64,000 bases of DNA from Rhodospirillales bacterium (GCA_028869995.1 JAGWQN010000093.1:81336-145335); one strand, 5' to 3'. Positions 37,696-48,156 are shown, counted from the first letter of the stretch. Numbers and translations are program-made. The notes: generated by a model not told the origin, from the letters alone.

Positions 37696-38528
37696 AGGTG
37701 GAGATCGCCAATCTCAGCATCGCCTTCCCCTCTCCGCGCGGTCCCTCTCTCGCGGTACGCGGCGTCTCTCTGACGGTCGGTAGCGAGAAGCTCGGCATCG
37801 TGGGCGAGTCCGGCTCCGGCAAGTCGCTCACCGCGCGCTCGCTGCTCAAGCTGCTTCCCCCGGAGGCGCGCGTCCGCGCCGACCGCCTGGCCTTCGACGG
37901 CATCGACATCCTGCAGGCAACCGAGCGGCAGATGCGCTCGATCCGCGGCAAGCGCGCGGGACTGATCATGCAGGACCCGAAATTCTCGCTCAATCCCGTG
38001 ATGACCGCCGGCGAGCAGATCGCAGAATCGTGGCGCCTGCACCGCAAGACCTCGAAACGAGAGGCGCGCGAAGCCGCTCTCGACCTGCTGGCCCAGGTGC
38101 AGATCCGCGATCCCGCCCGGGTGGCAGACGCCTATCCGCACGAACTCTCGGGCGGTATGGGCCAGCGCGTGATGATCGCGATGATGATGGCGCCGGATCC
38201 GGAACTCCTGATTGCCGACGAGCCGACCTCCGCGCTCGATGCCACGGTGCAAGCCGAGATCCTGCGCCTGATGGAAGACCTCGTCTCCCGCCGCGGCATG
38301 TCGCTGATCCTGATCAGCCACGATCTGCCGCTGGTTTCACATTTCTGCGACCGTGTGGTGGTCATGTATGCTGGGCGCGTGGTCGAGGAGCTGAATGCCG
38401 CCGGCCTCGCGCGCGCCGAACATCCCTACACGCGTGGCCTTTTGGCCTGCCTGCCGACCCTTTCGCATCCTCAGGCACGCCTCACCACCCTGACCCGCGA
38501 TCCTGCGTGGATGGACGGTTCCAACTGA
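37692..38528 (+). CDS. ABC transporter ATP-binding protein (DppD/NikD-like, short form)
   Basis: ATGA overlap with the upstream gene. Walker A GESGSGKS, signature LSGGMGQRV, Walker [13 protein letters not shown]. About 278 aa with no long C-terminal oligopeptide-type extension. Confidence 0.9.
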   Translation: MKVEIANLSIAFPSPRGPSLAVRGVSLTVGSEKLGIVGESGSGKSLTARSLLKLLPPEARVRADRLAFDGIDILQATERQMRSIRGKRAGLIMQDPKFSLNPVMTAGEQIAESWRLHRKTSKREAREAALDLLAQVQIRDPARVADAYPHELSGGMGQRVMIAMMMAPDPELLIADEPTSALDATVQAEILRLMEDLVSRRGMSLILISHDLPLVSHFCDRVVVMYAGRVVEELNAAGLARAEHPYTRGLLACLPTLSHPQARLTTLTRDPAWMDGSN

Positions 38529-39262
38529 TCGTCGTCGATAATCTCGTTATCCGGTTTGGACGCGTGGAGGCGGTCAGTGGCGTCTCCTTCGCCGTCGCGC
38601 GCGGTACCGCCTGGGGCATCGTCGGCGAATCCGGCTCGGGCAAGTCGACGGTGCTGCGGGCACTCGCCGGCCTCAACGAAAACTGGTCCGGGCGCATGTT
38701 GCTCGACGGCGAGGAACTGCCGCGCCGCCGCACACGCGCCTTCTTTCGACGGGTGCAGATGGTCTTCCAGGACCCATACGGCTCGCTGCACCCGCGCCAG
38801 ACGATCGACCGCGCCCTCGCGGAGCCCTTGGTGGCACAAGGTATCGGCGGCGCCGACGCGGCGATTCCGCGCGCGCTCGACGAGGTCGCGCTGCCTCAGG
38901 CGGTCCGCTTCCGCTACCCGCATCAGCTATCCGGCGGCCAACGCCAGCGCGTGGCGATTGCCCGCGCCCTCATCACCTCGCCCGAAGTCCTGCTGCTCGA
39001 CGAACCGACCAGCGCGCTCGATGTCTCGGTGCAGGCCGAGGTTCTGAACCTGCTCTCCGATCTGCAGCGTGAGCGCAACCTCACGTACATCATGGTCAGT
39101 CACAATCTCGCGGTCGTGGCGCATCTCTGTCCGATGATCGCGGTGATGCAGGGGGGCCGGGTCGTCGAGACCCTCTCCGCCGAGGCTTTGCGGGCAGGAC
39201 GCACGACGCATCCCCACACCGCCGAGCTGCGCGCGCTCTCCACCGAACTCGAGGAGCCTTGA
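38507..39262 (+). CDS. ABC transporter ATP-binding protein (DppF/NikE-like, short form)
   Basis: Walker A GESGSGKST, signature LSGGQRQRV, Walker B LLLLDEPTSALD. The start is uncertain: GTG at 38507 or CTG at 38525. No in-frame ATG lies near the conserved N-terminus LIVVDNLVIRFG. Confidence 0.85.
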   Translation: MDGRFQLIVVDNLVIRFGRVEAVSGVSFAVARGTAWGIVGESGSGKSTVLRALAGLNENWSGRMLLDGEELPRRRTRAFFRRVQMVFQDPYGSLHPRQTIDRALAEPLVAQGIGGADAAIPRALDEVALPQAVRFRYPHQLSGGQRQRVAIARALITSPEVLLLDEPTSALDVSVQAEVLNLLSDLQRERNLTYIMVSHNLAVVAHLCPMIAVMQGGRVVETLSAEALRAGRTTHPHTAELRALSTELEEP

Positions 39263-41061
39263 TGGCGGAGACGCGGATGGTCGCCATGCGCGACGGCGTT
39301 CGCCTCGCGACCGACATCCATCTGCCCCCGGGCAAGGGTCCATTCCCGGTTATCCTTGAGCGAACCCCCTACGGACGCAACCAGCCCAGCCGCAGCGAAA
39401 TCACGGCGGCCGACCGCAAGCCGGCAACTCGGCACGAGCTCGCGCAGTTCTTCACCGCAGCCGGCTTCGCCGTCGTCTACCAGGACACGCGCGGCCGCCA
39501 CGGCAGCGAGGGTCGTTTCGTCAAATACCTCTCCGATGGCGAGGATGGGTTCGATACCTGCGCCTGGCTCGTGGCCGAGCCCTGGTGCGACGGGCGCATC
39601 TGCACCATGGGCCTGTCCTACGCGGCTCATACCCAAGCAGCCCTTGGCTGCCTCAACCCTGAGGGGCTGGTGGCGCAGGTGCTCGATTCCGGCGGCTTCG
39701 CCAATGCCTGGGAGGGCGGCATCCGTCAGTGGGGCGCCTTCGAGCTGAAGCAGGCAACCTGGGCGCATCGCCAGGCCATCGAATCGCCCGAAGCGATGGC
39801 CAACCCGGTGCTGCGCGCCGCACTGCAGGCCGAGGATATCCGCGACTGGTTCACCGCACTCCCGTGGCGCCCGGGCCATTCGCCGCTGCGCCACCATCCC
39901 GATTACGAGGCCTACCTCTTCGAGCAGTGGACGCACGGGGCATTCGATACGTTCTGGCAGCAACTCGGGATCTGGGCGGAAGGCTGGCACCAGAACTACG
40001 CAGCCGCCGACAGCGTTCACATGTCGAGCTGGTACGACCCCTACCCGTTCACAGCGACCGCCAATTATCTCGGCCTGCGTCGTGCCGGCCGGGGCACGCA
40101 GCGCCTCATCCTCGGACCGTGGAAACATGGCGATCGCAGCGACCGCGTGTTCGGCGAGGTTGATTTCGGCGCCGAGGCGACACTCGATTCCTGGGCCGGC
40201 GACTGGCGGCAGTATCGCTTGCGGCATTTTCGCCACGCGCTCGATCGCACGCAGAATCCCGAGCCTGCAGCGCGCGTCTTCGTCATGGGCGGGGGCAGCG
40301 GCCGACGCACGGAAGCGGGGCACCTCGACCACGGTGGCGCCTGGTCTGCCTTTCCCGACTGGCCGCCGCCTGGCGTCGATTTCCGTCCCTATCACCTGCA
40401 TCGCGGCGGACGGCTCGCCCTCGCCGCGCCTGCAGCCGACGACGCTCCGACCTCCTGGCTGAGCGATCCGGCGCACCCCGTCCCGACGATCGGCGGCGCC
40501 TTCTCGAGCCTCGAGCCCGTGGCAACGGCCGGCGCCTTCGATCAGGTAGAACGCCCCGAGTTCCTCGGTTGCCGCCCACCGTATCTGCCACTTGCCGCGC
40601 GCCCGGACGTGCTCGTGTTCCAGACGCCGGAGCTCGAGCGCGAAGTGACGGTCATCGGCCCCATCACCGCAGAATTGTTCGTGGCGACCGATGCGCCGGA
40701 TGCCGACATCACGGCCAAGCTCGTGGACGTACACCCGCCGACGCCGGACGATCCGCGCGGCTTCGCGATGTTGCTCACGGACGGAATCATCCGCTTGCGC
40801 TATGCCGATGATCACGCCCATCCGCGCCTGCGCGCGCCCGGGGCCGTCACACGCATCCGCGTCATGCTGATGCCCACGGCCAACCGCTTTCTTCCCGGCC
40901 ACCGTATCCGTCTGGACATCGCGGCGAGCAACTTCCCGAAATTCGATGTCAACCCGCAGAGCGGCGAGCCCGAGGGCGAGGGGCGCCTGCCGCGGGTCGC
41001 GCGGATCACCTTGTTCACCGACACGGCACGGCCAAGCCGGATTCTGCTGCCGGTTCTCTGA
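39262..41061 (+). CDS. CocE/NonD-family alpha/beta hydrolase (X-Pro dipeptidyl-peptidase S15-like)
   Basis: MAETRMVAMRDGVRLATDIHLPPGKGPFPVILERTPYGR...VYQDTRGRHGSEG...GLSYAAH (nucleophile elbow GxSYxG). The C-terminal beta-sandwich part ends FPKFDVNPQSG. The ATG at 39262 overlaps the upstream TGA by 1 nt; the ORF track uses TTG at 39259. Confidence 0.88.
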   Translation: MAETRMVAMRDGVRLATDIHLPPGKGPFPVILERTPYGRNQPSRSEITAADRKPATRHELAQFFTAAGFAVVYQDTRGRHGSEGRFVKYLSDGEDGFDTCAWLVAEPWCDGRICTMGLSYAAHTQAALGCLNPEGLVAQVLDSGGFANAWEGGIRQWGAFELKQATWAHRQAIESPEAMANPVLRAALQAEDIRDWFTALPWRPGHSPLRHHPDYEAYLFEQWTHGAFDTFWQQLGIWAEGWHQNYAAADSVHMSSWYDPYPFTATANYLGLRRAGRGTQRLILGPWKHGDRSDRVFGEVDFGAEATLDSWAGDWRQYRLRHFRHALDRTQNPEPAARVFVMGGGSGRRTEAGHLDHGGAWSAFPDWPPPGVDFRPYHLHRGGRLALAAPAADDAPTSWLSDPAHPVPTIGGAFSSLEPVATAGAFDQVERPEFLGCRPPYLPLAARPDVLVFQTPELEREVTVIGPITAELFVATDAPDADITAKLVDVHPPTPDDPRGFAMLLTDGIIRLRYADDHAHPRLRAPGAVTRIRVMLMPTANRFLPGHRIRLDIAASNFPKFDVNPQSGEPEGEGRLPRVARITLFTDTARPSRILLPVL

Positions 41062-41150
41062 AGGGCTGCCGGCCGGGGCGCGCTTGCCAACCCGGCAAAT
41101 CTCGCCGCCCCATTAACCGCTTCGCAAGCCGCGCCGGCCATTCTCGGCAT

Positions 41151-42752
41151 GTGACCAACCTGCTCGAAAACCTACGCGGCCTCGGTGCTGCACGCCTGCT
41201 CGCGCTTGGCCTTGCCGCGGCTGCCGTCGCCGGCGTGTTGCTCCTGCTGGCGCTGCGCGCCGGCACACCGCCGATGGGCCTTCTCTACAGTCATCTCGGC
41301 CTCGCCGACGCCGGCCGCATGACGCAGGCGCTCGACTCGGCCCACATTCCCTACACGCTCACGGCCGGCGGCCGTACCATCATGGTCCCCGATACGCGCG
41401 TCCCCGCGGCACGATTGCTCCTCGCCCGCCAGGGTCTGCCCTCGGGCGGCGCGGTCGGCTATGAAATCTTCGACCACCAACAGGGATTTTTCACCAGCCG
41501 CTTTCGTGATCGCATCAACGAGACCCGTGCCCTCGAGGGCGAACTGGCCCGAACGATCGGCGCCATCGACGGCATCGCCGGGGTTCGCGTGCATCTCGTC
41601 CTGCCGAACCGCTCGGCCTTCGTCACCCACCCGCCGCCGGCGCGCGCCGCGATTCTGCTGGCCATGCGCGGCGCCGCGCGGCTCGACCGGGCCTCCGTCG
41701 ACACCATCCTCAACCTCGTCGTCGCCGCCGTCCCCGGCCTCAAGCCCCAGGACGTCGCGATCGCGGACACCGAGGGGCGTCTTCTCGCGCACCAGGGGAA
41801 CACAGGCGACCCTACCGCCTCCGGCCCCGAAGCGTTACGGGAAGCCATCGAAACTCGTATCGCTCACGAAGCGGAGGCGATCCTCGCTCCGAGCCTCGGC
41901 CAAGGCAACGTCCATGCGCAAGCCTCGGTTGTGATGAACTTCGATACCTCGCAGGAAACGGTCAACAGCTTCGATCCCAACCAGCAGGTGACCCGCAGCG
42001 AGCAGACCAGCAGTGAGACGCGCACCAGCTCTCGAGCGGCCGCCACGGTCTCGGTTGCCAACAACCTGCCTGGCGCGCAACCAGCCAGCCAGGGCACTGG
42101 ATCCCAGGACAAGCGTCAGCAGGATACCACCAACTACGAGATCGGAAGCACGGTCCGCACCATCGTCCATGCGGCGCCCAGCATCGCGCGCATCAGTCTC
42201 GCCATCATGGTTGCCGACGTTGCGACAAAGCACAAAAACGGCACGCTGACCTACGCACCGCGCTCGCAGGCCGAGCTCAACCAGATCTCGTCACTCGTCA
42301 AGAGCGCCATCGGCTTTGATGCCAAGCGCGGTGACAGCGTAACGATTGTCTCCATGCGCATGCCCAACAGGACCGCACTCAACGCGCCGGTCAACTCCGC
42401 CGCGCGCACGCTGCTCCAGAGTTTGACGTCGCCCGGCATGCTCGCGGGCCTGACGCAGACGCTGGTCCTGGCACTCGTCGCCATTCTGGCCGTTCTCCTC
42501 GTCTTTCGTCCGGTCATGCTGCGCCTCACCGCACCTCCCCCGGCCCCCCAGCCGACGCCCCTGCCTCTGCCCGCCGCGTCGCTCCCGGAAATAGCGATCC
42601 CGACCGATGCGGTCCGCGCCAGCCCATCACTACCGCGCATCGAAGGCACCGTTCCCGCCGCCGCGCTCAGGAATCTGTCGGATCTGGTCGAGCACCATCC
42701 CGATGAGACACTCTCCATCATCCGTGCCTGGCTCGCGGAGAGCGCCGGCTGA
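41151..42752 (+). CDS. fliF: Flagellar M-ring protein FliF
   Basis: GTG start. LLENLRGLGAARLLALGL (TM1), IPYTL...GGRTIMVP, GIAGVRVHLVLP, NYEIGSTVR, and a second TM near the C-terminus. 533 aa. Confidence 0.92.
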   Translation: MTNLLENLRGLGAARLLALGLAAAAVAGVLLLLALRAGTPPMGLLYSHLGLADAGRMTQALDSAHIPYTLTAGGRTIMVPDTRVPAARLLLARQGLPSGGAVGYEIFDHQQGFFTSRFRDRINETRALEGELARTIGAIDGIAGVRVHLVLPNRSAFVTHPPPARAAILLAMRGAARLDRASVDTILNLVVAAVPGLKPQDVAIADTEGRLLAHQGNTGDPTASGPEALREAIETRIAHEAEAILAPSLGQGNVHAQASVVMNFDTSQETVNSFDPNQQVTRSEQTSSETRTSSRAAATVSVANNLPGAQPASQGTGSQDKRQQDTTNYEIGSTVRTIVHAAPSIARISLAIMVADVATKHKNGTLTYAPRSQAELNQISSLVKSAIGFDAKRGDSVTIVSMRMPNRTALNAPVNSAARTLLQSLTSPGMLAGLTQTLVLALVAILAVLLVFRPVMLRLTAPPPAPQPTPLPLPAASLPEIAIPTDAVRASPSLPRIEGTVPAAALRNLSDLVEHHPDETLSIIRAWLAESAG

Positions 42753-43762
42753 TGGCGGCCCAGGCCGAGACACGCCTGACTGGCGCTCAGCGTGCCGCGG
42801 CGCTGCTGCTCGCCATGGGTGAGGAAGCAAGCGCGCGAATCCTCGCCATGTTGCATGAGGATGAGCTGCGTGAGGTTTCCGCGGCGATGGCCCAGCTCGG
42901 TCCCGTCGCTGCCGATCAGCTCGAACGCCTGGCCGGTGACTTCGTCCGCCAGATAGGGTCGGCCGGTAGTCTCGTGGGGAGCCTCGAAGGGACCGAGCGC
43001 CTGCTGCTCCGCACCCTCCCGCGCGAGCGCGTTTCACAGATTATGGAGGAATTGCGCGGCCCTGCCGGACGGACCATGTGGGACAAGCTCGGCAACGTCA
43101 GCGAGGCCGTTCTAGCCAACTATCTTCGTAACGAATACCCGCAAACGGTTGCCGTGGTGCTCTCGCGGATCCGTTCGGAGCAGGCGGCTCGTGTTCTTGC
43201 CGCCTTGCCTGAGACCTTCGCGATGGAGGTGGTCATGCGGATGTTGCGCATGGAAAGCGTGCAAAAGGATGTCCTCGACGGACTCGAACGCACGCTGCGT
43301 GCCGAGTTCATGTCCAACCTGGCCAGGAGTGCACGCCGCGAGCCGCACGAGATGATGGCTGAGATCCTGAACAACCTCGACCGTGCGACCGAGTCACGCT
43401 TCCTGACCGCTCTTGACGAACGCAACCGCGAAGCAGCCGACCGCATCAAGGCCCTGATGTTCACGTTCGAGGATCTCGGTCGTCTGTCATCCCCGGCAAT
43501 TCAGGCCGTTCTGCGCGCCGCCGAGCGCGATAAGTTGCCGTTGGCGCTCAAGGGCGCATCGGAACGGATCCGCGACCTTTTCTTCGCGAACCTCTCCGAA
43601 CGCGCGGGCAAGATGCTCCGTGACGACATCGCGGCCCTCGGTCCCGTCAAGATCAAGGATGTCGACGAGGCACAGGCAGCCATTGTCGCCCTGACGAAAG
43701 AGATGGCCGCGGCCGGTCAGATCGAGATCGGCGAGGCAGCAGAGGAGGCCATGATCGAATGA
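42752..43762 (+). CDS. fliG: Flagellar motor switch protein FliG
   Basis: TGAQRAAALLLAMGEEASARILAMLHEDELREV, MFTFEDL, and the C-terminal motor-interaction domain. 1-nt overlap with the fliF stop (TGATG). Confidence 0.94.
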   Translation: MAAQAETRLTGAQRAAALLLAMGEEASARILAMLHEDELREVSAAMAQLGPVAADQLERLAGDFVRQIGSAGSLVGSLEGTERLLLRTLPRERVSQIMEELRGPAGRTMWDKLGNVSEAVLANYLRNEYPQTVAVVLSRIRSEQAARVLAALPETFAMEVVMRMLRMESVQKDVLDGLERTLRAEFMSNLARSARREPHEMMAEILNNLDRATESRFLTALDERNREAADRIKALMFTFEDLGRLSSPAIQAVLRAAERDKLPLALKGASERIRDLFFANLSERAGKMLRDDIAALGPVKIKDVDEAQAAIVALTKEMAAAGQIEIGEAAEEAMIE

Positions 43763-44376
43763 GCCACGCGAGCGGCCTTTCTCTTTTGCTGGCTGAGGAA
43801 TTCGACTCGCCACCAGCGCCCGAGGCCCCCGACCTCGACGCGCTCCTGGCACAGGCGCGCGCGCAAGGACGCGCGGAGACCTGTGCAGCGTGTTCCGCCA
43901 GGCTCGTCGAATCCCGCGAGACCCTCGCGTCTTCCTGCACGGCACTCGCCCGCGAACTCGGTCAGGTTCTGTCGGCATTGGATGGTGAGCTTGCGGAGGC
44001 TGTTCGGGCGCTTGCGACGACCCTTATCGCAACGATCGGCGCCGCCTTGCCGCTCTGGCACGCCCGGAGCGATCGGACGGCCGCGGCAAGCATAGCCGCC
44101 AGCTTGCTCGCGGCACTCGGTGAAGAAGCCTCGCTGCGTCTCGTGGCATGTCCCGGCGATGCCATCGAACTGCGCCCGCTTCTGCCGCCAGGAATTGCCC
44201 TCGATGCGGACGCGGCCATGGCGCCCGGAGCGATACGCCTCGCCTGGCGTAACGGACGGGCGGTCCTCGATCCTTCCGTGATATGGGAAGAGATTGAAGC
44301 CACTCTCACCTCGACGCTGGATCAGGAGACATCATTCACATTATGCAACGACAACAGCGACAGCGCCGCAGAGTGA
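43759..44376 (+). CDS. FliH/FlbE-like flagellar assembly protein (assigned mainly by position)
   Basis: ATGA overlap with fliG. This 205-aa Ala/Leu-rich protein sits between fliG and fliN, where FliH (or Caulobacter FlbE) is found. Sequence similarity is weak by eye. Confidence 0.5.
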   Translation: MSHASGLSLLLAEEFDSPPAPEAPDLDALLAQARAQGRAETCAACSARLVESRETLASSCTALARELGQVLSALDGELAEAVRALATTLIATIGAALPLWHARSDRTAAASIAASLLAALGEEASLRLVACPGDAIELRPLLPPGIALDADAAMAPGAIRLAWRNGRAVLDPSVIWEEIEATLTSTLDQETSFTLCNDNSDSAAE

Positions 44377-44380
44377 CATC

Positions 44381-44704
44381 ATGACACAGGAACTTCCGCT
44401 TGCCGATCTTGCCGAGCCCGGGACTGATATCGCGGCAGTGCCATCGCGTGGGGCCCGCGACCTTGAAGCAGTCTACGACATTCCGGTGACGGTCAGCGCA
44501 GTGCTCGGGCGCGCCACGATGCCAGTCAATCAGCTTCTCAAACTCGGCCGCGGCGCCGTGGTCGAACTCGACCGCAAATTGGGCGAGGCGATCGATATCT
44601 TCGTCAACAACCGACTGGTCGCGCGTGGCGAAGTCGTCATGGTCGACGATACACGCCTCGGCGTAACGATGACCGAGATCATCAAGAGCGAAAAGAGCGG
44701 CTAA
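44381..44704 (+). CDS. fliN: Flagellar motor switch protein FliN
   Basis: [57 protein letters not shown] is the SpoA/FliN C-terminal domain. ATG at 44381. Confidence 0.93.
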   Translation: MTQELPLADLAEPGTDIAAVPSRGARDLEAVYDIPVTVSAVLGRATMPVNQLLKLGRGAVVELDRKLGEAIDIFVNNRLVARGEVVMVDDTRLGVTMTEIIKSEKSG

Positions 44705-44706
44705 CG

Positions 44707-46065
44707 ATGCGCGTTCTCGTTCTCGGCTCGTTGGCCACCGAACTCGGTACCGCAGCCCGCATGGTGCGTGCACGCGGCGGCGGCATCGTCCAGGCGGATA
44801 CGGAAGACGCGGCACTCGCCGCGCTGCGCCGCGACGGAACCATCGGCATCGTCTTTGCCGATCTTGCACGCGATCTCGCTGGGCTCATCGCGGCGTTGCG
44901 CGCCGAGCGCATCGGTGTGCCCGTCGTTGCCTGCGCCGTCGCCGCACGCGCCGATGAAGCGGTCGCAGCCATCCGCGCCGGCGCGCGCGAGTTCCTGCCG
45001 CTGCCACCCGACGCCGACATCATCGCCGCGCTGTTGGCCGAGGCCAGCGGCGACGCCAACACACCGATCGCCCGAGATCCTGCGATGCTCGCGTGTCTCG
45101 CCCGGGCCGAACAGATCGCTGGGAGCGATGCCACGGTCCTGATCACTGGCGAATCCGGCACCGGCAAGGAAGTGCTCGCACACCACATCCACCGCCACTC
45201 CCGCCGCGCCGGGGCACGTCTTGTCGCCCTCAACTGCGCGGCCATCCCCGAGACCCTACTCGAGAGTGAGTTGTTCGGCCACGAAAAGGGAGCCTTTTCG
45301 GGGGCACTCGCGCGGCGTATCGGCAAGTTCGAAGCAGCGGACGGTGGGACCCTCCTACTCGACGAGATCGCAGAGCTCGATATCCGCCTTCAGGCCAAGC
45401 TGCTGCGCGCCCTTCAGCAACGCGAGATCGACCGGGTTGGCGGCGAACAGCCGGTTCGGGTGGACGTGCGGGTCCTCGCCGCCACCAACCGGGATCTTCG
45501 CGCCGAGGTCGAGGCCGGACGATTTCGGGAGGATCTTCTGTTCCGCCTTGATGTGATCGCGTTGCGTCTTCCGCCGCTGCGCGAGCGTCCGCTGGACATC
45601 GCGCCACTCGCCACCCATTTCGTGCGTCGCTACGCGACGCTCAACGGCCTGCCGGAACGTGCCCTGACGCCTGCGGCGATCAGTTGCCTTTCCGCACACA
45701 CCTGGCGCGGCAATGTCCGCGAACTGGAAAACGCGATACACCGGGCTGTATTGCTCGCGGCCGGCAGCTCGATCGAGGCCGAGGACATCGAGATCAACGG
45801 CACGGCCGCACCAACGCGGAGCGTCCCCGGCACCGAGACCCAAGCGGTGCCTCCACCAAGCGCCGGGACCCTCGCAGGCCTGGTCGGGCGGCGCATGGAA
45901 GACCTCGAGCGCGACTTCATTCTGGAGACTTTGCATCGAACGGAGGGCAACCGCACACACGCGGCAAGCATGCTCGGCATCTCAATCCGCGCCCTGCGCA
46001 ATAAACTCCGCGACTACACGCGCCAGGGCCTACCGGTGCCGCCGCCGGCCAGCGGCATCGCCTGA
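44707..46065 (+). CDS. flbD: Sigma-54-dependent flagellar transcriptional regulator, FlbD-like (atypical receiver + AAA+ + HTH)
   Basis: Walker [11 protein letters not shown]. Sigma-54 contact loop [10 protein letters not shown] (GAFTGA variant). [16 protein letters not shown]-terminal Fis-type [19 protein letters not shown]. The N-terminal receiver-like domain lacks the acidic DD pair and the conserved Lys (EFLPLP). Confidence 0.85.
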   Translation: MRVLVLGSLATELGTAARMVRARGGGIVQADTEDAALAALRRDGTIGIVFADLARDLAGLIAALRAERIGVPVVACAVAARADEAVAAIRAGAREFLPLPPDADIIAALLAEASGDANTPIARDPAMLACLARAEQIAGSDATVLITGESGTGKEVLAHHIHRHSRRAGARLVALNCAAIPETLLESELFGHEKGAFSGALARRIGKFEAADGGTLLLDEIAELDIRLQAKLLRALQQREIDRVGGEQPVRVDVRVLAATNRDLRAEVEAGRFREDLLFRLDVIALRLPPLRERPLDIAPLATHFVRRYATLNGLPERALTPAAISCLSAHTWRGNVRELENAIHRAVLLAAGSSIEAEDIEINGTAAPTRSVPGTETQAVPPPSAGTLAGLVGRRMEDLERDFILETLHRTEGNRTHAASMLGISIRALRNKLRDYTRQGLPVPPPASGIA

Positions 46066-46068
46066 TTC

Positions 46069-48156
46069 ATGTCCGTCACGCTGCCCGTTTCGTTCTCGGA
46101 GGTTTTAGGGCCACGCCTCGGGGGCTTGCGTGCCGGGCGCGATATCTGGCTCGCCGGTGGAATCGTGGCCCTGCTCAGCGTCCTGGTTCTGCCGCTGCCG
46201 CCGTTCGTCTTGGACCTCGGCCTGTCGCTGTCGGTCACCAGCTCCATCCTGGTTCTGATGGTCGCCGTTTTTCTCGTCAAACCGTTGGATTTTTCGTCAT
46301 TCCCAACGCTGCTTCTTCTGACGACGCTGATGCGGTTGTCCCTCGATGTCGCGACGACCCGCCTGATTCTTTCCCACGGCGACCGTGGTCCGGACGCGGC
46401 AGGGCACGTCGTTGCTGCCTTTGGCGGCTTCCTGATGGGTGGGGACGTCATCATTGGCGTCATCATCTTCATCATTCTCCTCGTCGTGAACTTCATCGTC
46501 ATCACGAAGGGTTCAGGGCGCATCGCGGAGGTCGCGGCGCGCTTCAGTCTGGATGCGATGCCCGGCAAGCAAATGGCCATTGATGCCGATCTTTCTGCCG
46601 GGACGATCGATGAGAGGACGGCCCGCCGCCGGCGTCGCGAGCTTGAGGCAGAAAGCGGCTTCTACGGTGCCATGGATGGCGCCGCGAAATTCGTCCGCGG
46701 CGACGCGATCGCCGCCCTCGTCATCACGTCGATCAACATCGGCGGCGGTCTCGCCATTGGCCTGCTGCAACACGGCATGTCTTTCTCGGACGCGGCGCGT
46801 ACCTACACCACGCTCACGATTGGCGACGGTCTCGTCAGCCAGATCCCGGCCCTTCTCGTTTCCACGGCCGCCGGCATCGTCGTTACCAAGGGCACGACAG
46901 AGGGCACCGCCGATAAGGCCCTCGCCCAGCAACTCGGCGGCAACGTACGGCCCCTCGCCATGGCCGCAGGCGCCGCCTCGATCCTCGCCGCCTTGCCAGG
47001 ATTGCCCGCATTCCCGTTTCTGACGCTCGCCGGCCTTGCGGGCGCCGCGGCATGGCACCGCCACCAGCATCCGGTCGACGCCCCGGCAGCAGCGCCAACG
47101 CAGGTCGCGGCGGCGGCCACGGAGCCACCCATCAGCGACTCGCTGCGGATGGACACGATCCGTCTCGAACTGGGCTACGGCCTGCTGGCGCTTGCCGGCG
47201 GCGACTCGCCGCGGCTCACCGAGCAGATCAAGGGCCTGCGCAGGAGCATCGCGCAGGAGTTGGGTTATGTACTGCCTCCAGTACGTATCCAGGATAACAT
47301 GGAACTTGCCGCCGACACCTATGTTGTACGCATCAAGGAGATCGAGGCGGGCCGGGCCGTTCTGAGACCGACACAATTGCTCGCCATGCACCCAGGAGGC
47401 GGCTCCATCGATCTTCCTGGGGAGACGACGACGGAGCCAGCCTTTGGGCTCGCCGCCGTGTGGATCCAGCCAAGCACGCGTGACGCGGCCCTTCTGCGCG
47501 GCTGCACCGTGGTCGATCCGACCAGCGTTCTTGCCACCCATCTGACCGAAATCGTGAAGCAGAACATGGCGGAGCTGTTGTCCTTCGCCGAGACGCAAAA
47601 GCTGCTCGACGAGCTGCCGCGCGAGCACCAGAAGCTGGTTTCCGACTTGATGCCGTCGCAGATCAACACTGGGGGCATTCAGCGGGTTCTACAGACACTG
47701 CTTGCCGAGCGCGTCTCGATCCGCGACCTGCCGACGATCCTCGAGGGCGTTCAGGAAGCGCTCGCCGGAGGCGCACGGGGCATCGCCAGTATATCGGGCA
47801 CTGTGCGCGCACGCCTCGCCCGCCAGATTTCCGAGGCCCATACAGGCCCCGCGGGCTACATCCCCATCGTCACCCTGGGGCCGGAATGGGAGGCCGATTT
47901 CGCTGACGCCCTTGTGGGGCCGGTGGAGGACCGGCAGCTGGCGATGGCACCGACACGCCTGGCAGCCTTCATGCAACGCCTGCGGACCGTGCTGGATGCC
48001 GCCGCGGAGGCGGGTGAACATCCGGTTCTGGTCGCGAGCAGCGCCATTCGTTTCCACTTGCGCGCCATCGTCGAACGCGTTCGGCCGGCGACCGCGGTGC
48101 TTGCGCAGACCGAGATCAGCCCACGGGCGCGCATTCGCACCATCGCGAGCCTCTAG
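46069..48156 (+). CDS. flhA: Flagellar type III export apparatus protein FlhA
   Basis: FPTLLLLTTLMRLSLDVATTRLIL, ITKGSGRIAEVAARFSLDAMPGKQMAIDADL, GAMDGAAKFVRGDAIA. 695 aa. Confidence 0.96.
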   Translation: MSVTLPVSFSEVLGPRLGGLRAGRDIWLAGGIVALLSVLVLPLPPFVLDLGLSLSVTSSILVLMVAVFLVKPLDFSSFPTLLLLTTLMRLSLDVATTRLILSHGDRGPDAAGHVVAAFGGFLMGGDVIIGVIIFIILLVVNFIVITKGSGRIAEVAARFSLDAMPGKQMAIDADLSAGTIDERTARRRRRELEAESGFYGAMDGAAKFVRGDAIAALVITSINIGGGLAIGLLQHGMSFSDAARTYTTLTIGDGLVSQIPALLVSTAAGIVVTKGTTEGTADKALAQQLGGNVRPLAMAAGAASILAALPGLPAFPFLTLAGLAGAAAWHRHQHPVDAPAAAPTQVAAAATEPPISDSLRMDTIRLELGYGLLALAGGDSPRLTEQIKGLRRSIAQELGYVLPPVRIQDNMELAADTYVVRIKEIEAGRAVLRPTQLLAMHPGGGSIDLPGETTTEPAFGLAAVWIQPSTRDAALLRGCTVVDPTSVLATHLTEIVKQNMAELLSFAETQKLLDELPREHQKLVSDLMPSQINTGGIQRVLQTLLAERVSIRDLPTILEGVQEALAGGARGIASISGTVRARLARQISEAHTGPAGYIPIVTLGPEWEADFADALVGPVEDRQLAMAPTRLAAFMQRLRTVLDAAAEAGEHPVLVASSAIRFHLRAIVERVRPATAVLAQTEISPRARIRTIASL

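Noticed and set aside
36876-41061. ORF 36876-38528 (+, 550 aa, long upstream extension), ORF 38030-39262 (+, 410 aa, long upstream extension) and ORF 39100-40902 (-, 600 aa)
   Set aside because: The first two are the ATPase genes with spurious out-of-frame-overlapping N-terminal extensions through the preceding genes. Their conserved ABC N-termini begin at 37692 and about 38507. The third is antisense to the CocE/NonD gene.
41062-41150. Possible CtrA box or sigma-54 promoter upstream of fliF
   Set aside because: Only a single TTAAC half-site (41113-41117) is present, with no second TTAA at N7 spacing. The GG...TTGC candidate (ggggcgcgcttgcc) has the wrong spacing for GG-N10-GC. The evidence is too weak to annotate.
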